Source of the DNA: Candidatus Zixiibacteriota bacterium
GTDB lineage: Bacteria > Zixibacteria > MSB-5A5 > WJJR01
Assembly: GCA_040752075.1 (NCBI GenBank)
Contig: JBFMFQ010000001.1
Coordinates: forward strand, 342-64,341
Direction: 5' to 3'
Length of the DNA stretch: 64,000 nt
A program made the translations under genes and the position numbers. Position 1 is the first letter of the stretch. Every line of letters starts with the position of its first letter. Positions 37,375 through 46,279 of the stretch are shown piece after piece. Under the pieces are notes generated by a model that was not told where the DNA came from, searched no databases, and saw only the letters and a program-made list of their open reading frames with translations.

Positions 37375-37464
37375 TTTTAACCCCTCTCGGATAAACCCTG
37401 CCGCCGGAAAGGTCCCCGGAGGGGAGTTTCTTGTCAATAGAAAAGCGGGACCGCCAAAGGGGGA

Positions 37465-38349
37465 TTAAGGCAGCATCGAACGGAGGTCTCGTTCAACCGC
37501 GCGGCGGTAGTCGGCCTTTAATGTCTCGAAAACCCGCAACGCCCGGGCGGTCAGGCGCAGTCTTTTGCTCCCCAGCCGGCGAGCCAGCCGCAGTCCGCGC
37601 ACAGACGACGTCAAGAATACCCCATCCGCCGTTTCAAGCGACCGGAGTGTCAGGCCGCCGGTCCGTACAGGAATGCCCCGCTCGTGGGCGGCGTCCAGGA
37701 TTACTTGTCGCACCACGCCGGCCAGTGCGCCATCCCTGAGGGAGGGGGTACGCAGCGTGCCGTTTTCAATGGCGAACACCGTCGCCTGCGCGCCATCCGC
37801 AATACGGCCGCGCGAATTGACCACGATCGCATCGTCGCATCCCTCCGCGGCGGCCATCTCCGATGCGAACACATTCGGGAAGTACGCCAGGGTCTTGCAG
37901 CCGATCATCGGATTGATGGGATCAATGCGCCATGGCGCAACCCAGACATTTCCTGCCTGCACCAAGGGGTTGGTTTGCGGCCTGACAATGATGACTCTTC
38001 TCGGCTTGAAGTCTGGTGCGAATCCGCGAGTGGTGATCAGGTTTGCCGCGCCCTCGCCGGCTCCGCTGCGGACAATCAACCGCTTGAGATGCCGGCGCCA
38101 CCAGTTTGTGTCGCCCATGTCGATCTGGAGGCGCTCTCCGCCCGCCCGCATCCGGTCCAGGTGCTGCTGCAGGAACAGGGCGTGACCACGGTGAATCCGG
38201 ATTGTCTCAAACAACCCCCAGCCAAATCGGAATCCCCAGTCTTCAATTGAAATGGCGGGGCGATCAGGGGACAGGATTCGCCCGTCGATTGACGCGAAAT
38301 CGCGCGACTTAACGGGCTTCGACCGTGGGTTTTTCGTGGATGATGTCAT
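37465..38349 (-). CDS. pabC: Aminodeoxychorismate lyase (class IV aminotransferase fold)
   Basis: Fold-type IV PLP enzyme pattern (WGFRFGWGLFETIRIH ... GCKTLAYFPNVFA). Immediately downstream of and overlapping pabB. Start ATG 38349 overlaps pabB by about 41 nt. Confidence 0.6.
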   Translation of the reverse strand: MTSSTKNPRSKPVKSRDFASIDGRILSPDRPAISIEDWGFRFGWGLFETIRIHRGHALFLQQHLDRMRAGGERLQIDMGDTNWWRRHLKRLIVRSGAGEGAANLITTRGFAPDFKPRRVIIVRPQTNPLVQAGNVWVAPWRIDPINPMIGCKTLAYFPNVFASEMAAAEGCDDAIVVNSRGRIADGAQATVFAIENGTLRTPSLRDGALAGVVRQVILDAAHERGIPVRTGGLTLRSLETADGVFLTSSVRGLRLARRLGSKRLRLTARALRVFETLKADYRRAVERDLRSMLP

Positions 38350-39667
38350 GCGTCGTTGTCTCGATCCCGCTCGGCAACAATGAATCCAACATCGGCGCGA
38401 TTTTGACCAGCGATTCCTCGTACTCGGCGTCACAATCCGAGTCGGCCACGATTCCGCCGCCGCCGTGGACACGGAGCGTGGGTCCGATTTTCACCGCTGT
38501 GCGAATCGCCACGGAAAAGTCGGCGTCCCCGGCCGCATTCACCCAGCCGATGGCGCCGCAATAGACCCCGCGCGGGGTGGACTCCACCTCGTTGAGAATC
38601 TCGACGGAACGGCGCTTTGGCGCCCCGGTGATGGACCCGCAGGGGTGCATGGCCCGCATCACATCATGCCACTGCAATCCCGGAGCGAGCCGGGCGCGAA
38701 CGATTGATTCGAGGTGCCAGACCGATGCATAGGCGCGCGGCCGTCTGAGGGCCGCGACACGAACACTGCCGATCTCGGCGATCGTCCCCAGATCGTTTCG
38801 CTCAAGATCCGTGATCATCAGCAATTCGGCCCGGTCCTTCCCACTTTCGAGCAGGGCTCTGAGATTCGCCCTGTCGGACAATGGGTCATTTCCACGCGCC
38901 CGGGTGCCCTTGATGGGACGGGACTCCACGACGTTCCCGGATTTTCGCCAGAATCGTTCCGGCGAACATGAGATCACTTCGATTCCGGGGTAAGCCGCAT
39001 CGATTGATCCATCGCGCATGCGACCGGGAGGGAATCGGAGATAGGCCGAAAACGGCGCCGGATTGGTCCTCGCGAGACGTTCGTAGAGCTCCCGGCCCGG
39101 GGTGGTCGTTTCGGATTCGAATGCCTGCGTGAGATTGGCCTGGTAGATGTCCCCTTCGGCGATGTGCTCTTTGATTTTCCGCACGGCATCGCGGTAATCC
39201 GATTTTGCCACCAGCGGTTTCCATCCATACAGCGATGGGTGCCTGCAGGGAGCCTTAATCCCAGTGTGTCGCGCCGAACTCGCGGGGGAGACGGTTTCAA
39301 GCTGGCCGAAGAGCAGGAATTGGATCGGGGGATATTCCGCTCGTCTTGGTGAGCGCAGCCCAAGCATCGCATGCCCGAATTCATACGACACGTACCCGAT
39401 CATTCCCCCTTGGGGAAACTCACCGGCCACGTTCTCCCGAAGCCGTTCGAGCGCGTCAAGGGTGTCACCGTTTCCTGATGCCCCAGTGCCATCTTGCCAT
39501 CTGACGGCCCAGTGGGCATCATCCGCCGCGAATCGCCCCAGCAAACCCCGCCCGATAACATGGCCTACCCCCAGTCCGGGCCGGCGCCAGCGGCTCTCCA
39601 GGATGGCCATGCCACCAATTCCGTCTTGGAGGGGCGATGGAGGAGCGAAGGTGGATTCGAACATCAT
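38309..39667 (-). CDS. pabB: Aminodeoxychorismate synthase component I (TrpE/PabB family)
   Basis: Chorismate-binding motifs GDIYQANLTQAF, PFSAYLRF, GSITGAPKRRS, GGGIVADSDCDAEYEE. Paired with pabC-like. Start ATG 39667 or GTG 39784. Confidence 0.65.
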   Translation of the reverse strand: MMFESTFAPPSPLQDGIGGMAILESRWRRPGLGVGHVIGRGLLGRFAADDAHWAVRWQDGTGASGNGDTLDALERLRENVAGEFPQGGMIGYVSYEFGHAMLGLRSPRRAEYPPIQFLLFGQLETVSPASSARHTGIKAPCRHPSLYGWKPLVAKSDYRDAVRKIKEHIAEGDIYQANLTQAFESETTTPGRELYERLARTNPAPFSAYLRFPPGRMRDGSIDAAYPGIEVISCSPERFWRKSGNVVESRPIKGTRARGNDPLSDRANLRALLESGKDRAELLMITDLERNDLGTIAEIGSVRVAALRRPRAYASVWHLESIVRARLAPGLQWHDVMRAMHPCGSITGAPKRRSVEILNEVESTPRGVYCGAIGWVNAAGDADFSVAIRTAVKIGPTLRVHGGGGIVADSDCDAEYEESLVKIAPMLDSLLPSGIETTTHDIIHEKPTVEAR

Positions 39668-39874
39668 GGCGGGTGAGAAACATCGGAATTTCCCCCCGAT
39701 CAAGGTGTATTGAGGACAGGAGGGCCGACAGCCGCGATTCCGGTCCGAAGTTGTCAGGGATCGGCTCCGGCGCCGATCCGACACTGAAATCTATCTAAAT
39801 GTATTGCAACGACTTATGAAATTGGCGCAATTTGACTCTAAACCCGCATCCGGGTTACCCGTATCAAATAGCAC

Positions 39875-39900
39875 GGAACGTCACGCCCACTCGATTGTAT
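39875..39900 (+). promoter_or_regulatory. Candidate ECF-type promoter (GGAAC -35 element) in AT-rich divergent region upstream of ECF sigma gene
   Basis: GGAAC at 39875-39879, followed 16 nt later by TGTATT. Region 39785-39947 is conspicuously AT-rich relative to the window. Confidence 0.25.
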
Positions 39901-39947
39901 TAAGGCGTGAGAGCTATTCGTTGCGACCGAACAAGGGAGCTACAATA

Positions 39948-40544
39948 ATGGACTCACAAAAAGCCATCGACCATGCCCTGATGCGTCAGGTGCAGCAGGA
40001 TGACTTTGAGGCCTTTGAAAAGCTCGTTGACCGATACAAGGGCCGGCTGGTCAATGTCATCACGCGTATGCTCAATGACCAGAGCGAAGCAGAGGATCTT
40101 GTCCAAGAGACGTTCCTGCGGGTTTGGACGCACCGTCAGGATTACGACTTCTCCTACTGCCTGTCGACGTGGATTTACACCATTGCGCTGAATCTGGCCA
40201 AAAACGAGCTGCGCAAGCACCGGAAGTTCAAATTCTTCAACCTGATCGAGATGGCGGAAAAGGGGATTGAAATCCCCGACCCCAAGATGGGCCCATCGGC
40301 CTTGGGGCACATGCTTGATCAGGCCATCACAACCCTTCCGGTGAAGTACAAGACGGCATTCTTGTTGCGCGATGTCGAGCAGATGTCCTACGAGGAAGTC
40401 GCGCAGATTCTTGGTGTCCCGCTGGGGACCGTGAAGTCCCGTGTGAATCGGGCCAGGGCGGTCCTGAAAGACCAACTCAAACCGAAACTGGAGCAATCAC
40501 GTGCGCTGTCGCAAGGCTCGCTGGTTCCTGTCCGCACGATGTGA
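39948..40544 (+). CDS. ECF RNA polymerase sigma factor (sigma-70 family, sigma-E-like)
   Basis: Region 2 (DLVQETFLRVWTHRQDYD) and region 4 HTH (SYEEVAQILGVPLGTVKSRVNRAR). GGAG RBS before ATG 39948. Confidence 0.85.
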   Translation: MDSQKAIDHALMRQVQQDDFEAFEKLVDRYKGRLVNVITRMLNDQSEAEDLVQETFLRVWTHRQDYDFSYCLSTWIYTIALNLAKNELRKHRKFKFFNLIEMAEKGIEIPDPKMGPSALGHMLDQAITTLPVKYKTAFLLRDVEQMSYEEVAQILGVPLGTVKSRVNRARAVLKDQLKPKLEQSRALSQGSLVPVRTM

Positions 40545-41106
40545 CGGGACTCTTTCCGAGCGCGAGCGTCTGCGCTTGGAAGACCATCTGAAGGGCTGCG
40601 CCGATTGCCGGCGGGAGGCGTTTTACTTCTCGGAGATTGCCGCCTGCGCGGGGCGTCTTGAGAAGGCTCCGGTCCGCCCGGACTTCAATGTTCGTCTCCG
40701 CGCCGCCATACGCCGGTCCGAGGTCGCCGCATCGACTCCCAAGCCGTGGTACCGTCCAACCCTTCAGCCTCTGTTCCGCCCGGTACTGGCTTTTGGCCTT
40801 CTGGTTCTGACCTTGGGCGGGGGAGTCACGGGTTACGTCCTGACGCATAACAGCGAATCCGGCCCAATGGACTCCACGGAGGCCATCGTGGAATGGCAAC
40901 CAGTGATCCAACCGGGAATGACCCCGGTGGGGGATATGACCGCCGAAGACCAGCGTGTCCGGCAGTACATCGACACGAACGGCGCCCTGAGTGATTTTGT
41001 GATCGAGACCTACAGCGTGGAGGATCCGAACACGGAAAAGCATCTGCCGCAATACCTTAATCCGGTTGTCCCAGCGGAGCAGATGGCCCGTCAAGTGAGC
41101 TATTGA
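40501..41106 (+). CDS. Anti-sigma factor with ZAS zinc-binding motif, single TM
   Basis: HLKGCADC (HxxxCxxC). One TM (VLAFGLLVLTLGGGV). Overlaps the sigma gene end. GTG start. Confidence 0.65.
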   Translation: MRCRKARWFLSARCDGTLSERERLRLEDHLKGCADCRREAFYFSEIAACAGRLEKAPVRPDFNVRLRAAIRRSEVAASTPKPWYRPTLQPLFRPVLAFGLLVLTLGGGVTGYVLTHNSESGPMDSTEAIVEWQPVIQPGMTPVGDMTAEDQRVRQYIDTNGALSDFVIETYSVEDPNTEKHLPQYLNPVVPAEQMARQVSY

Positions 41107-41130
41107 TTCCCACCCCGAATTTGTCCTTTC

Positions 41131-41158
41131 AAGGCCGCTCCCAGCGGCCTTTTCTTTT
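41131..41158 (+). terminator. Rho-independent terminator after anti-sigma gene (AAGGCCGCT-ccc-AGCGGCCTT + TTTCTTTT), followed by a second GC hairpin at 41161-41177
   Basis: 9-bp stem, 3-nt loop, T-tract, 25 nt after the stop at 41106. Confidence 0.6.
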
Positions 41159-41293
41159 GCTCCCGGCCCTTGGCCGGGCCTGTCAAAGGGTATGTGTTTC
41201 TGTCGATTCTGGTGGTACGGACGCGTCCAATCGGGGTAGAACCATTGGTGCAAAGGAGACCGGATTGGCGAGGATTCCGGAGGGTTGGATTGA

Positions 41294-42688
41294 TTGGTGG
41301 GTGAAAGGTTGTTAGACAACAGGAAAACCGCGGGGAGCCCGCTGCGGCCGTGGAGGATCACGGCGGCGGCGGTCATTGCCGGTGCGATCTGGCTGGCCGG
41401 TCACGGCACCATGGCGCGTGCCGACTCCACCGACACATCACCCTTCAGCATCCTGCGCGCACTCGAATCGGAAATGCGATCGATTGTGGAGTCCGTCGCA
41501 CCATCCGTGGTGACCATTCGAGCCACTCACTCCGCCTCCGGTGAGTTTCCGGTCGGTATCGACCGGTCCATGTCGGTCGGCTCGGGAGTCTTCCTGGACT
41601 CGACCGGTCTCATTATGACCTCAAGCGGCGTGGTCAGCGGCGCCGATGATTTCTGGATCGAGACCTACGATGGCCGGCTGTACCAGGGGATCCTTCTTGG
41701 CGCAAGCGATGAGATCGCCCTTTTGCAGATCAAGGGTTGCCGCATTGTGCCGGCGCACTTCGGCGATGCTCTGGACCTTGGTGTTGGATCGATGGTCGCC
41801 GCGGTGGGAAACTCCTACGGTTATGCCTGTGGCGTTTCATGGGGGGAGGTCAACGGCTTCCGGCCTGACGGCACAATCCAAATGACACTCGGCATCTCCG
41901 CGGGCAGCTCCGGCGGAGCGGTGGTCAACACCGCCGGCCGGATCGTCGGGTTGGTCAGGGCTAAGATATCCGAACCATTCTATCTCGATCCGGTGTACTG
42001 CCAGACGGGGAAAGACAAGACACCCATCAGCCTCCCCGGGCGCCGCCTCGAACTGCCGACCTCGGCGGTGTCTCTGGCGATTCCCATTCAATCGGCATTG
42101 CGCAGCGCCCACCGGATACTCGAGGCGGGGACCGAGCCACGCGCCTACCTCGGCGTCTATGTCGACGACCTTCGCGGGTGGTATGCCGCGCATTTCAAAA
42201 CCTCAGAAGGGGTTTTGGTTACGGGCGTGGTTGGTCAGACCCCCGCCGAGGCCGCTGGACTTCGCCAGGGTGATCTGATCACCGCGATCGATCACCAGCC
42301 GGTGGGGTCGATGTTGCGTTTTCGGCAAGTCGTGGCGCAAACATCTCCGGGACAGCGGCTCCAATTCGATGTCGTGCGAAGCGGCCAGAGTCTGAAGATC
42401 GTTGTTGAGGCGGGGCGTGCGGACGCGCCGCACCTGGCCGCGACCGATCGCAAGTCGCGTCCCTTCCCCGTGAGCCCCGCGGCGAGTGTGTATTCCGAAT
42501 CCAAGGCGACCCCGGTCTCCGCGGAGGAGGTCGTCCCGGCGAGGCGTCAGACCGTGGCGGCGAAGACCGGTCAACACCAGCCCGGCGGTGCGTCGGAAGA
42601 CTGGGTTGCCAGACTCAACGCCATGCAGTGCATCATCGATTCACTGCGCCAGGAACTGCTCATTCTGCAGACCCAAGCCCCCCGCTGA
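41294..42688 (+). CDS. HtrA/DegP-like PDZ serine protease homologue (canonical His position appears substituted)
   Basis: N-terminal TM. GSGVFLD...TSSGVV, where HtrA has TNNHVV. SDEIALLQI (Asp region). GSSGGAV (GNSGGPL Ser motif). PDZ (GVLVTGVVGQTPAEAAGLRQGDLITAID). TTG start. Confidence 0.7.
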   Translation: MVGERLLDNRKTAGSPLRPWRITAAAVIAGAIWLAGHGTMARADSTDTSPFSILRALESEMRSIVESVAPSVVTIRATHSASGEFPVGIDRSMSVGSGVFLDSTGLIMTSSGVVSGADDFWIETYDGRLYQGILLGASDEIALLQIKGCRIVPAHFGDALDLGVGSMVAAVGNSYGYACGVSWGEVNGFRPDGTIQMTLGISAGSSGGAVVNTAGRIVGLVRAKISEPFYLDPVYCQTGKDKTPISLPGRRLELPTSAVSLAIPIQSALRSAHRILEAGTEPRAYLGVYVDDLRGWYAAHFKTSEGVLVTGVVGQTPAEAAGLRQGDLITAIDHQPVGSMLRFRQVVAQTSPGQRLQFDVVRSGQSLKIVVEAGRADAPHLAATDRKSRPFPVSPAASVYSESKATPVSAEEVVPARRQTVAAKTGQHQPGGASEDWVARLNAMQCIIDSLRQELLILQTQAPR

Positions 42689-42797
42689 TCCCCGCGCCGC
42701 AACACCTCATCTGGACTTGCTCCGCCCCGGCGGTGCGGGTATTCTGAGCTGCATGCCCCGTGTGGTATAACAGGGTTGGAAGGCAGAGCATTAGACG

Positions 42798-45700
42798 GTG
42801 CGTAAGAGGTTTAAAATTCCACTCCTGACGCTGGTCCTGCTCGTTGTCGGCGCCGGCGTTATCCTGCTTCTGCTCATCAAGACCGATTGGCTGCCGCGTC
42901 GGGCCTCCGGCCTGATCAACGAGGCATTGGAGCACACCGCCGATCTGCACATTGAGATCGGCGACTTCGGCGGCAATCTCCTCTCCGGCATGGCCGCTGA
43001 GAATGTGGTCGTCACGCGCGCCGATGCCCCCGCCGACACGGTGGTTGTCATCGCACGGGTGTCGGCGGAGTATGACATACGCGATCTCTGGAATCGCCGC
43101 TGGGTCATCCGGTCGGCGGTCGTCGATTCACCAAAGGTGTACCTTCCGCAAGATTCGCTCCGCCAGTTCTTCGCCTCATTCGCGAGGAAGGACACGGCCG
43201 CATCCCGGCAGACCAGGCCGCTGGTGCTTTTCGACTTCGACCTCCACGACTTCGTCATCCAGGGTGGTCAGGCGTACCGGCGCAGCACATCATCGATCAT
43301 GGTCGATTCGTTCAACTTGCAACTTTCGGCGGCGAGCCATGGCAGTGTGATCGCTGCCCGACTGCGGGGCGCGGAGGCCGTCATCGATGGTTACGGACGG
43401 GTCTCGGCCAGCGGGCTTCTGCACTCCGAAAGCGGCGCCTGGAAAGTCGACTCAGTCGAAGTGTCGACATCCCGATCGCGCATCCACGCGTCCGGATCCA
43501 TGCGGGAATGGGTGCTTCGGACAGACCCGCTGGATTTGGCCGACGCCGCCTTCATCACAGGCGGGATCAAGGGAAGTGTCGAATTCGACGGTACGATCAA
43601 ACCGGACACATCGCTGACCCAATGGTCGATTCAGGGCCGCACCTCGGGTGTCCTCGAAGGTTACACGCTCGAGAGCGTCGCAATTCAAGTTGAGGTGCGC
43701 GGCCGGCAGATCGCCATCGACTCCGTTGCCGGCCGTGTGTCCGGCGCCCTTTGGAATGGTTCGGGTGCGTTCAATCTGGGAGTGAAACCGGAACGGTACA
43801 GCTACGGGGGTTCAGTCCGCGGCTTCGATCTCAACCGGTGGGCGGACGGTACTTTCTCCACGGACCTCAACGGCGCGATTGCGGTCGAGGGCGAAGGTCT
43901 CACCGATGAAACTCTGTCGTTGGATCTTGATGTTCAGTTGGCGCCAAGCCGCTTTGATAACGTTCGAATCGACTCGGCATTTGGACGTCTCACCGTGACC
44001 ACACGCGATGCGATATTCGACGACGACTTCCAGATGTATACCAACGCAACAGAGCTGACCGGCGGCGGGAGCATCTCGTATGCGGACTCCATCGACATGT
44101 TCGCCAACGTGTACTTTGAAGACCTCCGACGCTGGGACTCCCTCGTCTTTGTTGACTCGCTGGCGGGCCGGGCGTACGCGTACATTTACCTGTCCGGCTT
44201 GACCGAGGATCCGGATCTCGCCGGACGTCTTCTGTCCGATTCGCTTCGGTTGTTCGACATGCGCAGTTCATCGGTCGAGGGATGGTTTTATGCTCCGAAC
44301 TTTCTCTCGCGCCCTTCCGGGGATGTGAACTTCCGATTTGGCGCCAGCGATGCGTGGGGATGGGCGGTGGATTCGGTCGTCTTGCGCGCGAGCCTCCTGG
44401 ATCGCCGTGTGGGGATAGACTCGATGGCGGTGTTCACACCCGCCCTGACCGCCCAGGGACGCGGCTGGTTGGACTGGTCCCATGGCACCATTCCTGTCCG
44501 ACTTCTGCCGCTCACGGCCGTGTGGGAAGACCAAATCTTCCGGGCCACCGACACGATCGCTGTTAGCGTCGATTCCCTCGGGTTCGAGTTTTCTGAGGTG
44601 GCGGTGGAAAGCGGACTGGGGGAAGTTGCGGCCAGTGGGCGTGTCAACTACGATGAGTCCACTGATCTCGATTTCTCCATTGAGGGAGTCCGCATATCCA
44701 GCATCGCCCGTCGGCTGTTCCCCAATCTCAGGGCCGATGGCCTGATTGCGGCCTCGGGCCACCTTGAAGGGACGCTGGACAATCCGATCCTCACCCTTGA
44801 CGGGACAATTCGCGAACTTGAGTACGATGGCATTCCCGCCGGCGATCTTTCCGGCGCGGTCGCCTATCGCGACAATCGCCTGCGAACAGATGAGTTGCAG
44901 CTCATGCACCCGAACTACCGTGCGGTGCTCGCGGGCGAATTCCCTGTTTCACTCGACTTAAGCGGCGGAGGGGCACATGTTCTCGAAGAGCCGATGTCGG
45001 GGCGTCTCAGTGTCTCCGGAGAGGCGCTTGAGCTGGCGGCGCAACTGCTGCCCGAGACCGTGGAGTCCGTGAGCGGCCCATTCTCGATTTATGCCACGCT
45101 CGGCGGCACGCCCCGCTCCCCTCTGGTCACCGGAGACGCGCATCTCCGGAACGGTACGATCAAGGCGATCGAGATCGCCAATCCCATCGAGAATTTGCAG
45201 GTCGATGTCCTGCTCAGCCAGGATACAATCAAAATCGAGCGGGCGGAGGGCATCATCAAGCAGGGCCGGCAGACCGGAAAAGTCTCCGTGACCGGCGACA
45301 TGAAGATTCTCTCGTACAACCTCTTCGACTACGACCTGAAAGTCACCGGCCGCGATGTGCCCGCCCGCTTCGAGTTCGAGGATTTCTACGTCGAAACCGA
45401 CTTCGACCTGAATGTCAACGGCAGTGATCCACCGCTGGTGAGCGGGACCATTCAGCCCACCCGCGTCGAAGACCGCATGCCATTCGAGGATGAGGACACC
45501 CCGGAGGTGATCGATCCCGACGGGTGGGACTGGGACTTCACCGTGGAAATGCCGGGAAACTACTGGATTCACAACGAGCAGATTGATGCGGAGTTGTCTG
45601 CAGACCTGAGGATTTTGCGCGAGGAGGGACGGCCGACTTACCTGGGGCAGGCGGAGATCATTCGCGGCAAGGTATACCTCTTCGACAAGATCGGTCGCAT

Positions 45701-46274
45701 CCAGTCGGGCATTCTGACTTTCGACAACGTGAACGGGCCCGACCCGAGCCTGGATATCGATGTCCTCTTCGTTATCCGCCAGCCCAGGCCCGACCAGGCG
45801 CGTCAGAGCGAGGGGTCGCAGTCGCTCGACGTAAACCTGCATGTCGGCGGGCGCGCCTCCGAGCCCCTCATCCAGCCCGAACCGCCCTACACGGAGCAGG
45901 ATGTGCTCCTGCTCTTGACCGCGAACACCAATTTCGGCGGCGGGGAGCCGACCTCGGCATCCGATCCCTGGGCCGACCGGCTGAAGTTTGCGGCCACGGG
46001 CTTGCTGTTCTCCGAAGTGCAGCGGGTGGCCGCCCGCAAACTCGGGCTGGAGACTCTCGAGATCAGTTCGGAGGGTGATCCGACCGATGCGGAAATCACC
46101 GTGGGCCGGTACTTCTCGCCGCATCTCTACCTGTATGGTTCCAGCCAGGTCGACGCGGGCGGGGGGCAGGAAGTGGGGTTTGAGTACCGCTTCAACCGTC
46201 ATTTGTTTCTGGAAGGCAACCGTGACAGTGAGAATCTTTACCGGCTCAACCTGCATTTCAACTGGGACTATTGA
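42798..46274 (+). CDS. tamB: Translocation and assembly module protein TamB (AsmA-like, DUF490 C-terminus)
   Basis: N-terminal TM anchor. Over 1100-aa beta-rich repeat protein. C-terminal DUF490-like end (...YRFNRHLFLEGNRDSENLYRLNLHFNWDY). Confidence 0.7.
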   Translation: MRKRFKIPLLTLVLLVVGAGVILLLLIKTDWLPRRASGLINEALEHTADLHIEIGDFGGNLLSGMAAENVVVTRADAPADTVVVIARVSAEYDIRDLWNRRWVIRSAVVDSPKVYLPQDSLRQFFASFARKDTAASRQTRPLVLFDFDLHDFVIQGGQAYRRSTSSIMVDSFNLQLSAASHGSVIAARLRGAEAVIDGYGRVSASGLLHSESGAWKVDSVEVSTSRSRIHASGSMREWVLRTDPLDLADAAFITGGIKGSVEFDGTIKPDTSLTQWSIQGRTSGVLEGYTLESVAIQVEVRGRQIAIDSVAGRVSGALWNGSGAFNLGVKPERYSYGGSVRGFDLNRWADGTFSTDLNGAIAVEGEGLTDETLSLDLDVQLAPSRFDNVRIDSAFGRLTVTTRDAIFDDDFQMYTNATELTGGGSISYADSIDMFANVYFEDLRRWDSLVFVDSLAGRAYAYIYLSGLTEDPDLAGRLLSDSLRLFDMRSSSVEGWFYAPNFLSRPSGDVNFRFGASDAWGWAVDSVVLRASLLDRRVGIDSMAVFTPALTAQGRGWLDWSHGTIPVRLLPLTAVWEDQIFRATDTIAVSVDSLGFEFSEVAVESGLGEVAASGRVNYDESTDLDFSIEGVRISSIARRLFPNLRADGLIAASGHLEGTLDNPILTLDGTIRELEYDGIPAGDLSGAVAYRDNRLRTDELQLMHPNYRAVLAGEFPVSLDLSGGGAHVLEEPMSGRLSVSGEALELAAQLLPETVESVSGPFSIYATLGGTPRSPLVTGDAHLRNGTIKAIEIANPIENLQVDVLLSQDTIKIERAEGIIKQGRQTGKVSVTGDMKILSYNLFDYDLKVTGRDVPARFEFEDFYVETDFDLNVNGSDPPLVSGTIQPTRVEDRMPFEDEDTPEVIDPDGWDWDFTVEMPGNYWIHNEQIDAELSADLRILREEGRPTYLGQAEIIRGKVYLFDKIGRIQSGILTFDNVNGPDPSLDIDVLFVIRQPRPDQARQSEGSQSLDVNLHVGGRASEPLIQPEPPYTEQDVLLLLTANTNFGGGEPTSASDPWADRLKFAATGLLFSEVQRVAARKLGLETLEISSEGDPTDAEITVGRYFSPHLYLYGSSQVDAGGGQEVGFEYRFNRHLFLEGNRDSENLYRLNLHFNWDY

Positions 46275-46279
46275 GAGTG

